64,000 nt of DNA, from contig CAZRYF010000011.1 in assembly GCA_964604165.1 (NCBI GenBank), positions 21,552 through 85,551 of the forward strand, in the 5' to 3' direction. A program made the position numbers and the translations under genes. Each line of letters opens with the position of its first letter. The first letter of the stretch is position 1. Below the pieces are notes generated by a model. It saw only the letters and a list, made by a program, of their open reading frames with translations. It had not been told where the DNA came from and did not search any database. The DNA comes from an uncultured Enterobacterales bacterium. Its GTDB lineage: Bacteria; Myxococcota_A; UBA796; CAJQPC01. Shown piece by piece: positions 63,868 to 64,000 of the stretch.

Positions 63868-64000
63868 ATGGTGCCTCGAAACGGATCCACACTCGTCCTC
63901 GCCGGCCTCTTGGGCCTGGGTCTTACCCACCCAGCCCACGCAGAAGAGGCCGAGGAGAGTCTTCAGCTGGGTGGCTTGATCTACGGTCACTGGGGGGCCG
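63868..64000 (+). CDS. Secreted protein, 5' fragment (continues beyond window)
   Basis: GGAGGAG Shine-Dalgarno, ATG 63868, and signal peptide MVPRNGSTLVLAGLLGLGLTHPAHAEE. The frame is open to the window end. Confidence 0.5.
   Translation, partial: MVPRNGSTLVLAGLLGLGLTHPAHAEEAEESLQLGGLIYGHWGA

Overview
GC-rich bacterial chromosomal segment with about 60 protein-coding genes. I see no rRNA, tRNA, CRISPR array or transposase gene. The gene content suggests a Myxococcota-like organism (inference). That content includes at least 14 lipobox lipoproteins (several with acidic low-complexity linkers), a MopE-type Cys/Asp repeat protein, and FHA, hybrid His-kinase, GGDEF and cNMP signalling genes. It also includes an ElbD-type multidomain lipid megasynthase cluster, an HTTM membrane protein and a secreted S8 protease. 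Genes from about 42.1 kb down to 22.9 kb all lie on the minus strand, many joined by 1-4 nt start/stop overlaps. The main result is that the six-frame track hides UGA recoding. selD reads through an in-frame TGA exactly at the catalytic Cys/Sec position (HGAG-U). A thioredoxin-fold lipoprotein is split by a TGA that sits in a U-x-x-C redox motif. Both TGAs are followed by SECIS-like hairpins. A third in-frame TGA separates a classical signal peptide from the body of the S8 protease; this one is a weaker candidate. Other points of interest: an HTTM (SdpB-family fold) module next to a Gly/Ser-rich repeat protein; a 163-bp element bounded by perfect 22-bp inverted repeats with a solo half-copy 41 kb away; two orphan DNA methyltransferases; a 600-aa unknown protein coupled to a MaoC dehydratase; and hypervariable-looking acidic coding repeats. 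Many long ORFs in the track are antisense shadows of real genes, as is typical of high-GC DNA, and were rejected. All family assignments rest on motifs read by eye, since no searches were run.
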